A stretch of 64,000 bases of DNA from an uncultured Acidobacteriota bacterium (GCA_963827655.1 CAWHCF010000040.1:1-64000); one strand, 5' to 3'; shown: positions 39,984 through 50,465, numbered from the stretch's first letter. The notes: generated by a model not told the origin, from the sequence alone. Program-made: numbers and translations.

Positions 39984-40337
39984 CGATTTCTTTACCTCTT
40001 TGCTCTAAGAGTTCGTGACATGGTCTTTCAGCGCACCGCTGCGCTCGGGGGTTAAAATAACACCAAGACGAGAGGGCACAAAGCAATTCCGAGGTTCGGG
40101 CCAGATGTCCGACGTGGCGAAGCAAGCTTCGCCCTGGAGATTGGACTCTTGGGTATCTTTGATCGAGCTTCAGAGTACTGTTCATTCAGCGCGCCGAGGG
40201 TGTGACACCCGAACCTCGAGCAAGGCAACAGCCGTCGACGAGCCCGTGCACGACCACGTCGACGTCCACGTTGCCTCAAGGCCCGGGGTAGCAAGCTTCC
40301 GCCCGGGTACAAGTACGCAAACCACGCTGGATGGAGT

Positions 40338-41606
40338 TCAGACGTCAACTACTGCATTGCGATTTCCCCGCGCGAGTGACAGGCTGCTTTCCTTCCTGGA
40401 AAGACGCGAGAGACGGTAGGTGAGCCTTTCCTGCCATTTGCCATAATGCTCGGCCGTGAGACGGCGCTGGCGCAGCGCCGCTTGCAAAACTTCCAGGGCC
40501 TCGCGAGTAACGGCGGCGGCGCGTTCGGGCTCGCCGGCGCGGTGCTCGTAGTAAATTGCGAGCTGCTCGTAGGCATCGAGTCCATCGATATCCTCTCCCA
40601 GAAGCTCCTTCCAGAGCGACGTTGCGCGCGCATAATCGCGCTGCCGCTTGGCAAGAAGCGCGAGTTCTCCTCGAGCGATGCGGTCGATCGCCTCAGGGAG
40701 CCCACAGCTAAGCGCGCGCTCGTAGAGAGAACGAGCCGCCGGACCTTCGCCGCGCCGGCCAAGCAGCCTCGAAAGACAATAGAGATCGAGGGCATCACCC
40801 TCGGCTAGTTGCGGCTGCTCGAGGATGGAGAGGATGCGCGCCGCCAGCGCAGCCAGTCCACGCAGGTCCGTCTGGTTATGCCGGAACACGTCGGCCAGCG
40901 GCTCCACGGGTCCCCCTCTGAGGAACCCGAAATACCGGTGAGGAATCAGCTCTGCAGGAACGTCTTGACGGCGCTTCATTGCCAGCACCCGTGACTCGAG
41001 CTCAACCAGCCGGACCGAACCCAGCCGAAGCCGCCAGAGCTGCCTGGCCGGATAGAGGAGATCAAAATGCGCCAGAGGTTGGGGAAGCGCCGCGGCCCGC
41101 GTCATCCGGTAGCGAGTTTCGATCAGGGGCCAATCGAAACTCTTTCCGTTAAATGTAACCAGGATGCGCCGCTCGCACAGCCGTTCAGAAAGCGCGAGCA
41201 AAATCGAAGCCTCCTCGCGATGATCGCGCATGAAAAGCTGTTCCACGATGAGCGAGCCGTTTTCCCACCAGGCCATGCCGACCAGGAACGCGTAGGTGCC
41301 GCTGCCGCCGGACAGGCCCGTGGTCTCGACGTCAAGAAGGAGCCACCGGTGGAGTTCCACAGCCTCTTCTCCAGCATCGGGGACCAGCAGACGGAGCGCG
41401 CGAATTCCAGGCTGGCAGACGGGAGGGTCGCTAAATTGGCTGCGCACGAGCAGGTGCTCGCCAAGGTGGTTGCTTCGGCAGGCGCCGGCGACCAACCGGG
41501 CGAGCCGCTCGGAATGCAGCGGGGACCCGCCGGCGCCGGGACGAATTGCGGGAGCAGCGGGGCGCAGCGCAGCCAGACGCTGAAGTTTATCGCGTAGTGT
41601 GAGCAT
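40338..41606 (-). CDS. YprB/MrfB-like RNase H-fold (DEDD) exonuclease with C-terminal TPR
   Basis: LDVETTGLSGG, VTFNGKSFDWP, HFDLL, HNQTDL, LAIYYEH. Confidence 0.9.
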   Translation of the reverse strand: MLTLRDKLQRLAALRPAAPAIRPGAGGSPLHSERLARLVAGACRSNHLGEHLLVRSQFSDPPVCQPGIRALRLLVPDAGEEAVELHRWLLLDVETTGLSGGSGTYAFLVGMAWWENGSLIVEQLFMRDHREEASILLALSERLCERRILVTFNGKSFDWPLIETRYRMTRAAALPQPLAHFDLLYPARQLWRLRLGSVRLVELESRVLAMKRRQDVPAELIPHRYFGFLRGGPVEPLADVFRHNQTDLRGLAALAARILSILEQPQLAEGDALDLYCLSRLLGRRGEGPAARSLYERALSCGLPEAIDRIARGELALLAKRQRDYARATSLWKELLGEDIDGLDAYEQLAIYYEHRAGEPERAAAVTREALEVLQAALRQRRLTAEHYGKWQERLTYRLSRLSRKESSLSLARGNRNAVVDV

Positions 41607-43962
41607 CCGAGGACAAGAGATTCAGGATAGCGAGCGCAACTTCCTTGGCGTGCTCGCGCGCTTCGCCGGCCGGCCCCACGCAGGATGGGCATCCTCTCTC
41701 GCATGCGCAAGCCGCAATCAAATCGCGTGCCTTTCCAAGCAGCAGCTCGTGCATGGCGAAGAGGGGTTCGCTAAAACCGATACCCCCCGGATAGGCATCG
41801 TAGAGGTACAGGTTCGGTTCAAAGAATTCTCCCGACGGCTCGCGCGCTTCGGAAGATTGCGGCGCGGCGCCGGTCGCGATCGGAGGCGCGCTTTCCCCGA
41901 TGGTGGAGTCAAGATCGCGCCGGTCGCACATCAGGAGCAGGGTGGCAATGGTTTCCAGAGCGTAAAGCAACCCGAACAGACCGGCCTGGCGCTCCGACCG
42001 GGAGAAAGGGAGCGATCCCAGAAGCGAATGCCGCAGCGTCAGCCAAAAGGCTGTTGTGTGCATTTCATTTTCCGGCAAGTCGAGCTTGCCCGACCCGATA
42101 TTTTCCAGCGTGAAGAATTTGATCTTCTTGAACCCGACCACCCGGGAGCGCACCAGCACGTCCCCGTGCGCCTTCATTGCGGGACCCGGTAGTCCGGACG
42201 CGGCCGCGAGCTCCAGCACACGCACCTCGGTGTAGCGCACCGCTTGCGTAAAATGATCCACCCGCACGCGGCGCACGTAGGCCTTGCGCTGCTCGAAGTC
42301 CAGCCGTTCGACATGATACTGTTGGCCCTCGTGAATGTAGATTGCCTTGGGATGGACCGAGGAGAGCGCGCTCGAGAAATCGACTTCGCCGATTACCCGC
42401 GGGGTTTCGGTTTCATCGATGATAACAAAATTATCGGACGTTACGGCGCGCAGGCTGATGGCGTCGGCCGGATACGACTCATTGGTCCAGTGCCAGAATT
42501 CACCACTGCGGTGAAGAAATCCAGCCTCAACCAGGTGCTCATAGATAGGCGACAGATCCATGTCGCCGAAACGCTCGCCCGAGGCGAGCGGCAGCTCGAA
42601 CGCCGCCGCCTTGAGATGATTCACGAGGATTTCGAGATTATCCGGCTGGATGAAAGCATGCTCGGGAGGGCTGCCGAAAAAGTAATCCGGGTGATTTATG
42701 ATGAACTGATCGAGCGGCAACGACGAGGCTACCAGAACGGCGCACGACGCGCCCGTGCGGCGCCCCGCGCGTCCGGCGCGTTGCCAGGTTGACGCAATGG
42801 TGCCCGGATAGCCGGCCATCACCGAGACGTCGAGCGATCCGATATCAATGCCCAGCTCCAAGGCATTGGTCGCGACCACACCGCGAATGCTTCCCTCACG
42901 AAGACCACGTTCGATCTCCCGCCGTTCCAGCGGCAGGTAGCCGCCGCGATAACCGCGAATGGTGTCGGGCGCGCCCGGAGCCCTGGAAGCGGCTTCCTGC
43001 AGGTAGGTGAGGATAACTTCGGTATTGAGACGGCTGTTGGCAAACGTGATTGTTTGCAGTCCCCGGATGAGAAACTCCCTCGCCACCTTGGCGCTTTCAT
43101 TGATGTAACTGCGTCGAATACCAAGATAACGATTCACGACCGGTGGATTGTAAAAGACGAAAAACTTCTCGCCCGCCGGGGCTCCATTGCGGTCGAGCAC
43201 GGTGACATCCGCTTCCAGCAACCGCCTGGCCAGATCGTCGGGATTCGCGATGGTCGCCGAAGAGCAGATGAACTGCAGTTCTTTCCCGTAAAAACGGGCG
43301 ATCCGCCGCAGTCGCCTGAGCAGGTTGGTCACGTGGCTTCCGAAGACGCCACGGTAGGTATGAAGTTCGTCGAGAACCACGTACCGCAGGTTCTCAAACA
43401 AACGGGTCCACTTCGTGTGGTGCGGCAGGATTCCTGTGTGCAGCATGTCGGGATTGGTGATCACGATGTGGCCTTGCCGGCGGACGGCCTTGCGAGCGTC
43501 TCCAGACGTATCGCCATCGTAGGTGTAGACTCCCAATCCGGCGTCCAGGCGCCGACCAATGTCGTGGAGCTCCGCCAGCTGGTCCTGTGCGAGAGCCTTG
43601 GTCGGGAAGAGGTAGAGCGCGCGCGTGTCGGCATTCTCCAGAATGGCATTGATGACCGGCAGGTTGTAACAAAGGGTCTTTCCGGAAGAGGTGGGAGTAA
43701 CTACGACGATGTTTTCGCCCCGCCGGACGCGCTCGGCCGCCTCGGCCTGGTGGGTGTAGAGGTGCTTCACTCCTTTATCCCGGTAGGCCTCGGCTAGTTC
43801 GGGCCGCACCCAGGCGGGCAGGGGAATCCATTCGGCCTCGCGGGCGGGAATATGCCGAACGGTTGTGACCTCATGGGGTTGGCCCGCGGAGGCGAGTTTC
43901 TCGACCATCTCTCGTAGACCAACGAGCGAAACATGTCGATGGGACACCGTCGAAGGGGGCAT
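41587..43962 (-). CDS. YprA/MrfA/SftH-like SF2 helicase with DUF1998 Cys domain
   Basis: TPTSSGKT, LDELHTYRG, SATIAN, QRAGRAGR, YDAYPGGIG, CACERGCPSC. Confidence 0.95.
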   Translation of the reverse strand: MPPSTVSHRHVSLVGLREMVEKLASAGQPHEVTTVRHIPAREAEWIPLPAWVRPELAEAYRDKGVKHLYTHQAEAAERVRRGENIVVVTPTSSGKTLCYNLPVINAILENADTRALYLFPTKALAQDQLAELHDIGRRLDAGLGVYTYDGDTSGDARKAVRRQGHIVITNPDMLHTGILPHHTKWTRLFENLRYVVLDELHTYRGVFGSHVTNLLRRLRRIARFYGKELQFICSSATIANPDDLARRLLEADVTVLDRNGAPAGEKFFVFYNPPVVNRYLGIRRSYINESAKVAREFLIRGLQTITFANSRLNTEVILTYLQEAASRAPGAPDTIRGYRGGYLPLERREIERGLREGSIRGVVATNALELGIDIGSLDVSVMAGYPGTIASTWQRAGRAGRRTGASCAVLVASSLPLDQFIINHPDYFFGSPPEHAFIQPDNLEILVNHLKAAAFELPLASGERFGDMDLSPIYEHLVEAGFLHRSGEFWHWTNESYPADAISLRAVTSDNFVIIDETETPRVIGEVDFSSALSSVHPKAIYIHEGQQYHVERLDFEQRKAYVRRVRVDHFTQAVRYTEVRVLELAAASGLPGPAMKAHGDVLVRSRVVGFKKIKFFTLENIGSGKLDLPENEMHTTAFWLTLRHSLLGSLPFSRSERQAGLFGLLYALETIATLLLMCDRRDLDSTIGESAPPIATGAAPQSSEAREPSGEFFEPNLYLYDAYPGGIGFSEPLFAMHELLLGKARDLIAACACERGCPSCVGPAGEAREHAKEVALAILNLLSSDAHTTR

Positions 43963-44074
43963 GGGGCTTCACCGTTTATTCACCGGGAGACTAACACGAT
44001 TGGCGCGGCGAAGCAAATACCTCTAGGACGCAAAGGCGACGAAGAAACACCAAGAATCTTTGCAAAACCCAAAC

Positions 44075-44575
44075 CTAGTGGTAGCGCAGTTTGTCGTGAC
44101 TGTGCTCGTGAGGTTCTGGTTGGGCAGGCTTCGTCTGTTCGAGCTCTTCGGGCGTCAGGGCGGGCAAGTGCCTGATGAACGAGACCAGCTGCCAGATCTC
44201 TTCGGGACTGTCCTCTCCGCCCCAGCCGGGCATGCCGGTGAAGCGAATGCCGATCGAGATTATGTAAAAGAGCTCACCATCTGAACGCTGCTGCGTATCA
44301 GGTGCAGCCATATCGGGCGCCTTGGGATAGAGGTTGCGTCCGATGGCCTCATACCCCGGCCATCCGGACCGTGACAGACTGCGCAGTGGTCTTGAAAATG
44401 GCCGCCGTGACGCGCCAGGCGCCGGATCGCCGGCGAGCGGGTTCGTCTGATTCTTTACGCCGGCCGGTATCGACAGGCTGTGGAGCCGTGTCGCGATGAA
44501 TTGTTCGAAGGCGCTGGGTTGGGCGCGCAGAGAACCTCTCCGAGCCATTAACCACCGCTGCCCGCTGCAACGACA
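44075..44575 (-). pseudogene. Monoheme c-type cytochrome, 5'-truncated and frameshifted
   Basis: HFQDHCAVCHGPDGRG in an alternative frame; LYPKAPD, SDGELFYII..GIRFTGMPGW, His-rich tail. Confidence 0.75.
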
Positions 44576-44596
44576 AAATGTTACCGATAAAATGAA

Positions 44597-44652
44597 TGAC
44601 AAATGACCAATGACGAATGAATTGGTCATCTCATCATTTCTCATTTGTCATT
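44597..44652. repeat. AATGACA/AATGACC heptamer hairpin
   Basis: aatgacaaatgaccaatgacgaatga ... tcatttctcatttgtcatt. Confidence 0.8.
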
Positions 44653-44677
44653 GAGACCGGGCCAAGACCAAAGGACT

Positions 44678-45637
44678 CTATTTCAGCTGTTCTTTCGCTG
44701 CCCGCGCAACTTCATCGTGCCGGGCAAACCAAACGCCTTTCCTCGACTTGATATGCTGGACCAGTTTATCGAGTATGACGATGCGCGACCGGTGTCCGAT
44801 GACATGAGGGTGCATCGTGAGCAGGAAGAGAGTTCCTTCGTCGTATGCGAGGTCAAACTCTTTCTTCCAGATGTCAAAGACATCTTCGGGGGAGATGTGA
44901 GGCCGGACCGTGGAGAAGCGGCTCATGCCAAAGTAGGGGTAGTCGTCCAGGATCCATTCCACTGGAAGCTCGATTACGCCGGTTCGCTTCCCTTCGTGCA
45001 AAACTTCATAGGGACGGTCATCTGCCATCAAGCTGCTATCGTAGAGCAGTCCGAGTTCGCGGATGATCTTGATCGTGTACGGGCTGTAGTCCCAGGAGGG
45101 AGTGCGCACGCCCACGGGGTGCTGGCCGCTAATCTCCGCCAGCGTGGCCGCGGCCTGCTTCATCAACTGTCGTTCCTGGTCTTCGGTCAAGAGTGAATTG
45201 CGCTCGTGAATCCACCCGTGAATGCCGATCTCGTGTCCCCGGGTTGTGATCTGCTTGATAGAGTCGGGATAGAGTTTGGCTACGATAGCAGGCACGAAGA
45301 AGCTGGCCTTGATCTGGTACTTGTCGAGCAGCGTCAATATTCGACCCAGGGCTACGCGACTGCCGTACTCTCCCTGCGACAGCTCCGATGGACTCTGGGC
45401 ATTGTCCCGGAGCGAGGGGGTCTCGTTGTCGAGATCGAAACTGAGCGCGACTGCCACCCGGTTATTGCCAGGCCACGTTTTCGGTGTCAGGTCTTTTCCC
45501 GCTCGGACCTTGCCAACCACGCTCTGAACCTTTTCCCAGCTCCACTGCCAGGGCGGAGGCTCTCCCGTTTGGCCGGGAGGCGGGGTTTGGGAGAATGCCA
45601 GAGCAGTCGAAGCGGTCAGGGCGATGTATTTGATCAT
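44678..45637 (-). CDS. Secreted polysaccharide deacetylase (CE4, PgdA/PuuE-like)
   Basis: LSFDLD, GHEIGIHGWIHE, RTPSW, YDSS, LTMHPHVIGH. Confidence 0.92.
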   Translation of the reverse strand: MIKYIALTASTALAFSQTPPPGQTGEPPPWQWSWEKVQSVVGKVRAGKDLTPKTWPGNNRVAVALSFDLDNETPSLRDNAQSPSELSQGEYGSRVALGRILTLLDKYQIKASFFVPAIVAKLYPDSIKQITTRGHEIGIHGWIHERNSLLTEDQERQLMKQAAATLAEISGQHPVGVRTPSWDYSPYTIKIIRELGLLYDSSLMADDRPYEVLHEGKRTGVIELPVEWILDDYPYFGMSRFSTVRPHISPEDVFDIWKKEFDLAYDEGTLFLLTMHPHVIGHRSRIVILDKLVQHIKSRKGVWFARHDEVARAAKEQLK

Positions 45638-45820
45638 GGGTCTCCTCCACGAAGAGATCGAATTTCAGGGCAGGCTGATTATACGCAAGGTTCATGGTAT
45701 TGCTTAGCGCCTTCGCGGCTCTGAAAAAACTATTCTTCCGCCAACCTGAAACAGCACGAAACGCTTGATCTATCCGATCATCGGGACTACCCTCCTCCCT
45801 GCGATGAAGGAGAACAATTG

Positions 45821-46600
45821 ATGGCCGAGGAGACAGGCAGTCTGGCGGTGTTCATCGATTTCGAGAACCTGGCCCTTGGGTTTCGCGGAAAGAAGAAGCG
45901 GACGTTCGAGATCAAAAAGGTCCTGGAGCGTCTGGTGGAAAAAGGGAAGATCGTGGTCAAGAAGGCCTACGCGGACTGGGGGCGTTTCTCGGAATACACA
46001 CGACCCTTGCACGAGGAAGGGATCGAGCTCATTGAGATCCCGCACAGATCTCAGACAGGAAAGAATTCGGCCGACATACGGCTGTGCGTGGATGCGATGG
46101 ATCTGGCCTGGGCGAAAGAGCACATCACCAGTTTTGTAATCGTCTCCGGCGACAGCGACTTTTCTCCCCTGGTTTCCAAACTGAAAGAGAACGGGAAGCA
46201 TGTCATCGGTCTGGGGATGAAAGAGTCGACGTCGGATATGCTGCGCGATAGCTGCGATGAATTTATTTACTACGAAGACATCGAGCGAGGCCGAACGGCG
46301 CCGGTCAAACTGCAGTCCGAAGGGCTTTCAGAGCGGCAGCGGGAAGCATTCTCCATTCTGATGGAATCGATCGTGGCTCTGATCCGCGAAAACAAAGAAA
46401 TACTCTGGCCTTCCATGATCAAGAGCACCATTCGCCGAAAGCGACCGGTTTTCGATGAATCGTACTACGGATACCGCACGTTCAGCGCTTTGCTGGAGGA
46501 TGCCCAGAAGCATGGCCTGATCGAGCTGCGCACGGATCCGCGGCGCGGGTCTTACGTGGTGCCAGATCTGGGCAAAGACTCTCGCGAACAGGAAAGGTGA
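45821..46600 (+). CDS. NYN (LabA/DUF88) domain protein with OST-HTH/LOTUS domain
   Basis: FIDFEN, AYADW, KNSADIRL.VD, VSGDSDFSPL, FDESYYGYRTFSALL. Confidence 0.92.
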   Translation: MAEETGSLAVFIDFENLALGFRGKKKRTFEIKKVLERLVEKGKIVVKKAYADWGRFSEYTRPLHEEGIELIEIPHRSQTGKNSADIRLCVDAMDLAWAKEHITSFVIVSGDSDFSPLVSKLKENGKHVIGLGMKESTSDMLRDSCDEFIYYEDIERGRTAPVKLQSEGLSERQREAFSILMESIVALIRENKEILWPSMIKSTIRRKRPVFDESYYGYRTFSALLEDAQKHGLIELRTDPRRGSYVVPDLGKDSREQER

Positions 46601-46643
46601 TCGCTGGCAGCAAAGGCGTCAAGGCGTAAACGAAAGGAGCGTC

Positions 46644-47432
46644 ATGAAAGTGTTTGGGAAGCTGGTATTGCTCGTCGCTGTCGTTGTCGTGTTCGCTCCG
46701 GCAAGTTCCTCCCAGGGGGAACAGAAACTGCTATTTCTGACTCATTCCGCCGGGTTCAAACACGCCGTCATTCCGCTTGCAGAAAAGATCATGCCGGAGA
46801 TTGGGAAGAGCCTGGGAGGCTTCCAGACTACTGTCACGCAAGACTGCTCGGTGATCAATGAGAGCAACCTGAGGAATTACAGCGCAGTGATGTTCTATAC
46901 CACGGGTGAACTTCCCATCAGTGAGGAAGGAAAGAAGGCGCTGCTCGACTTCGTCAAGAGCGGAAAGGGGTTTGTCGGTGTTCACTCGGCCACGGATACT
47001 TTCTACAAGTGGCCCGAGTATGGCGAGATGATTGCAGGTTATTTCGACCGACATCCCTGGCACACTGACGTGACCGTCCGGGTCGAAGATCGGTCATTCC
47101 CCGCCACGGCTCATCTGGGAGAGTCTTTCAAGATCAAGGATGAAATCTATCAGTTCAAGAACTGGTCGAGAGAAAAGACTCACGTCCTGCTCAGCCTGGA
47201 TCCCAACTCCGTCGACCTGAATGCCAAAGACGTCCATCGAACTGACAAGGACTTCGCGCTTGCCTGGGCACATCCATACGGGAAGGGCAGGGTCTTCTAT
47301 TCCGCCCTGGGGCATCGCGACGAGGTGTGGCAGGACGAGCGCTTTCAGAAATTTCTCGTGAATGGCATCTTGTGGGCGATGGGGGTAAAGAAGAGCGAAG
47401 TCAAGATCGGAAATCCTCAGCCGTCGCGCTGA
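46644..47432 (+). CDS. Secreted ThuA-domain protein
   Basis: SAGFKH, GKGFVGVHSATD, DEIYQF, YGKGRVFYSALGH. Confidence 0.9.
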   Translation: MKVFGKLVLLVAVVVVFAPASSSQGEQKLLFLTHSAGFKHAVIPLAEKIMPEIGKSLGGFQTTVTQDCSVINESNLRNYSAVMFYTTGELPISEEGKKALLDFVKSGKGFVGVHSATDTFYKWPEYGEMIAGYFDRHPWHTDVTVRVEDRSFPATAHLGESFKIKDEIYQFKNWSREKTHVLLSLDPNSVDLNAKDVHRTDKDFALAWAHPYGKGRVFYSALGHRDEVWQDERFQKFLVNGILWAMGVKKSEVKIGNPQPSR

Positions 47433-47495
47433 TCTCAATCTGAACCAGTGGCTCCCCCAACATACTCTAGATAAAAGTACGAGGCGACTACTCCT

Positions 47496-48714
47496 ATGCT
47501 CAAAGGCCGGATTTCTCGAATTCTGTTCTTTATACCGCTGTTCTTGCTGCTACGCTCGTTTCCCCTCTGGGCTCACGGCGACAAGGTGATTCCGCAAGTG
47601 TTCGACGGGGGCGGGGTTGGTCGCACCAAGTTCGATCTCACCAATTTGAGTCCCGAGTTTCCCATCACCAAGGTAAGTGTTCTGTTCTTCCGCCAGGATG
47701 GCAGCCCCTGGTCCGTAACCACCAATCAAGGTACCGGGACCAGCTTCAATCTGAACATCGGTCCGTTCCAGACGATCCGAATCGAGACCACGGGCGCGAG
47801 CCCAAGCTTGACGGTCGGGTATGCGATCGTTCGAAACACGGAGCGCACCACACAATTTGCCGAGGACTTCGAAGTGGCTATCACGGTGTTTTTTGAAATT
47901 CTCAATGGGCCGAATGTGGTCGACACCGTCAGCGTTCCGGTTGGTCAGCCTACCGTTTCATTCGCATTTCCCGTGGAGATGGACAATGCCGTCAATCTGT
48001 TCACGGGGTTCGCCATTGTGAACCTCACCGACGCCGACAACAACGTCGCGCTCACGCTCTATGAGTCCACGACCTCCGGAAGCAGCGATCCCTCCGCCCG
48101 ATTCGGGAATGGTGAATCTCACGCTGAACTCGCGACAGCAAAGAGCGCAGTTTCTCAACGAGAGCAACCTCTTCCCGACCAGGACGAAATTCAAGGGCAT
48201 GTTGCTTGGCTTTGCCTCCGGGCCGGTTGCCATTCTTGCGCTGCTTCAGACCGGCACGCCCTTTGGTGTTCAGTTCGCCACGCTGGTGCCTGCGTATCAG
48301 GATGCCCTGCGGCGGAACACGCACATGTACCTGCAGCAGGGCCTCCCGCTCGATGCGGATCTCCCGATATCGGACTATACGGGCAACACCGAGGACAGCG
48401 CACCATGGGATATCCTTTACGAGACCCTGAATCCCACGACGCGGCGGCTTGCCCCCCAGGGGAGCGCGATGGTTGCCCCGATCGGCTTGCGCAGTGACAA
48501 CCAGTTCGACAACGAAGTCACTCTGGAGTTCCTGCAGGGGCTGACATACAGCTCGACGCCCATCGATATGAGCAACGGCTCTCCGAACCTGGCAAGCGGC
48601 TTTACCTTCGCCATTCAGACCGGACTGAAGCGCTTTGTCAAAGTCCGGGTTTCCGTGTTCGTTACACAGGTGAATGACCGGCACCTGGTCCTGGAGATGG
48701 AAGTGTACCGGTAG
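47496..48714 (+). CDS. Secreted hypothetical beta-rich protein; frameshift near 48090
   Basis: Signal peptide then IPQVFDGGG..TKFDLTN, TGFAIVN; continues in the ORF 48061-48714 frame. Confidence 0.7.
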
Positions 48715-48940
48715 GATTTACGATTGACGATTTACGATTGACGATTGAAATAGCGGAGTCCACAATCATCCGCTTCAATCGGCAATCGTCAATCGTAAAT
48801 CGTCAATCCTAAGTCAGCCGGCCAGGTTTTGGAGATGGAGGTTTACCGGTAGCGGATTTTACCATTGACGATTTTGGCGGGCGGTTATTGTCGACTCTGC
48901 AGTTCAATCGTCAATCGTCAATCGTCAATCGTCAATCGTC
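48715..48940. repeat. Two tandem GATTGAC/GATTTAC heptamer hairpins separated by a diverged copy of the upstream gene end
   Basis: Arms at ~48715-48749 / 48775-48808 and ~48854-48875 / 48904-48940; duplicate at 48818-48852. Confidence 0.88.
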
Positions 48941-49438
48941 GTCGGCCAGGTCGCGAAGGATCGATGGCGTCAGAAGCCATACCATCGTGCCGCGGGGTTG
49001 GGGAATCAAAGTTTCAAGGTCTATCGCGCAGCCTCCCCCTTTCTTGAGCTCAACATAACTTTCCGCCGAGCCCCAGGCGATCTCGCCGGCTATTTCTCCC
49101 AGAGAAGGCTGGTGGCCTACAAGCATCAACTCGTCTTCGTCCTTGAAGGACTGAATCGCTTTGTAGACGTCAGGTCTCTTTCCTGAAGGTGAAAGCGCCT
49201 GAAGTTGCTTGAGGTTGGTTTTCGAACCGAGAACTTTGCCGACGATTTCGGCTGTCTGCCACGCTCTTGGCAAAGGGCTGCTCAATATTGTCCGCGGCGT
49301 GATCCCCAATTGGTTCAGACCCGCCGCAGCCTTCTTCATTTTTTTGATGCCGTCAGGAGTCAGGGGCCGGTCATTCTCCGCCACTCCGCTGGTTCCGTGA
49401 GGGACCGCGATGGCGTGGCGGACGATGTATAGTCGCAT
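48932..49438 (-). CDS. sixA: Phosphohistidine phosphatase
   Basis: MRLYIVRHA, DRPLT..G, SSPLPRAWQTA, LVGHQP, ELKKGG. Confidence 0.92.
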   Translation of the reverse strand: MRLYIVRHAIAVPHGTSGVAENDRPLTPDGIKKMKKAAAGLNQLGITPRTILSSPLPRAWQTAEIVGKVLGSKTNLKQLQALSPSGKRPDVYKAIQSFKDEDELMLVGHQPSLGEIAGEIAWGSAESYVELKKGGGCAIDLETLIPQPRGTMVWLLTPSILRDLADDD

Positions 49439-49439
49439 G

Positions 49440-50465
49440 CTATCCCTCGACCTTTTGAGTCGGCTCGGCCTCGACGGAAACCGGAGAGGATTCATCGGTT
49501 TGAAGCATCGCCCGCAATGCTGCTTGAAGCTGGGTCAGGGCGGGCAGCATCTTCTTCCTTAGTTCGGCCCTCTGATCTTGCGCCTGTGACAGAAGCCTGC
49601 CGAGTTGAAAGGCCAGATGAGTAGTCTCTTGTTTCGTGAGCCGGCGAATTTCCTTCTGCAGGGTCTCACGAAGGACAGACCAGTCGTGGTAATGACCACC
49701 GGCGTCCTGCAGCGCTCGCGCGAGCGCGATCTCCTTATCCAGCCCGGAAGGAAATGCCGGACTGAAGATCTCTAACCCGTAACGAAGTTTCTTGGCGGCG
49801 ATTCGCAGGTCGTGAAGTTGCTGATCCGTGGCCCCGCGGAAATCGTAACGCGCGCGGAACGAGAGGATGGGAGCCGAGAGTTCTTCCAGGACACGCCGGC
49901 CTCTTCCGGTCGGCTCCTGCTGCAACCGAAACAAACTAAGTTGAGGAGCATTGCCGCGCTTCGCGGCAGGCCGGCCGCCGGCGTTGGGGAGCGAACCTTC
50001 AAGGTCCTCGAAAGGACCTAAGTTTGACAAAAGGAATTGGGTCTTCGAACGGAGCTCGCGCAGATTGATTTCACGTAAACTCTTTTTGAGTTTCCGCTTC
50101 CGTTTCTGGAGTGTCTTTTGAAAGCGCTGTTCCAGATACTCGCGGCAGAGGTTTTCAGCCATGTCGCCCGAACCGGTTTGTTCCTTCAGGAGGGACAACG
50201 AAACCTCGGTTTCCCGGGCTTTCCCCAGAGCCTTCGTTACCTGGCGCGCGCGGCTGTAGACGGCGTTCCAGGGATGAGGAGGAAAAAGGTCTTTGAAAGC
50301 TTCCAGCGCCGCTCGCATCCGGCGTGATTGGACGCGGGTGTCATGAATCGATTCTTCGTCGGGGCGCCGTTTGAGGCGGGTCAGTTCTTCGACCAGGGAA
50401 CCCATGCGCTCACGCAAGATCATGCGCGCAAGAGCCTCCTCGAGTTCTTCCGGGAATGGTTTCAT
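49440..50465 (-). CDS. CHAD domain (polyphosphate-binding) protein
   Basis: IHDTRVQSRRMRA, LHDLRIAAKKLRY, LQDAGGHYHD. Confidence 0.9.
   Translation of the reverse strand: MKPFPEELEEALARMILRERMGSLVEELTRLKRRPDEESIHDTRVQSRRMRAALEAFKDLFPPHPWNAVYSRARQVTKALGKARETEVSLSLLKEQTGSGDMAENLCREYLEQRFQKTLQKRKRKLKKSLREINLRELRSKTQFLLSNLGPFEDLEGSLPNAGGRPAAKRGNAPQLSLFRLQQEPTGRGRRVLEELSAPILSFRARYDFRGATDQQLHDLRIAAKKLRYGLEIFSPAFPSGLDKEIALARALQDAGGHYHDWSVLRETLQKEIRRLTKQETTHLAFQLGRLLSQAQDQRAELRKKMLPALTQLQAALRAMLQTDESSPVSVEAEPTQKVEG

Noticed and set aside
40015-40337. ORF or ncRNA between the redoxin fusion and the exonuclease
   Set aside because: It contains only short hexamer-like repeats (CACGAC/GTCGAC/GTCCAC) and no supportable gene or RNA structure
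48715-48940. Heptamer tracts as CRISPR repeats
   Set aside because: They are 7-nt tandem units in inverted arms, not 23-50-bp direct repeats with spacers
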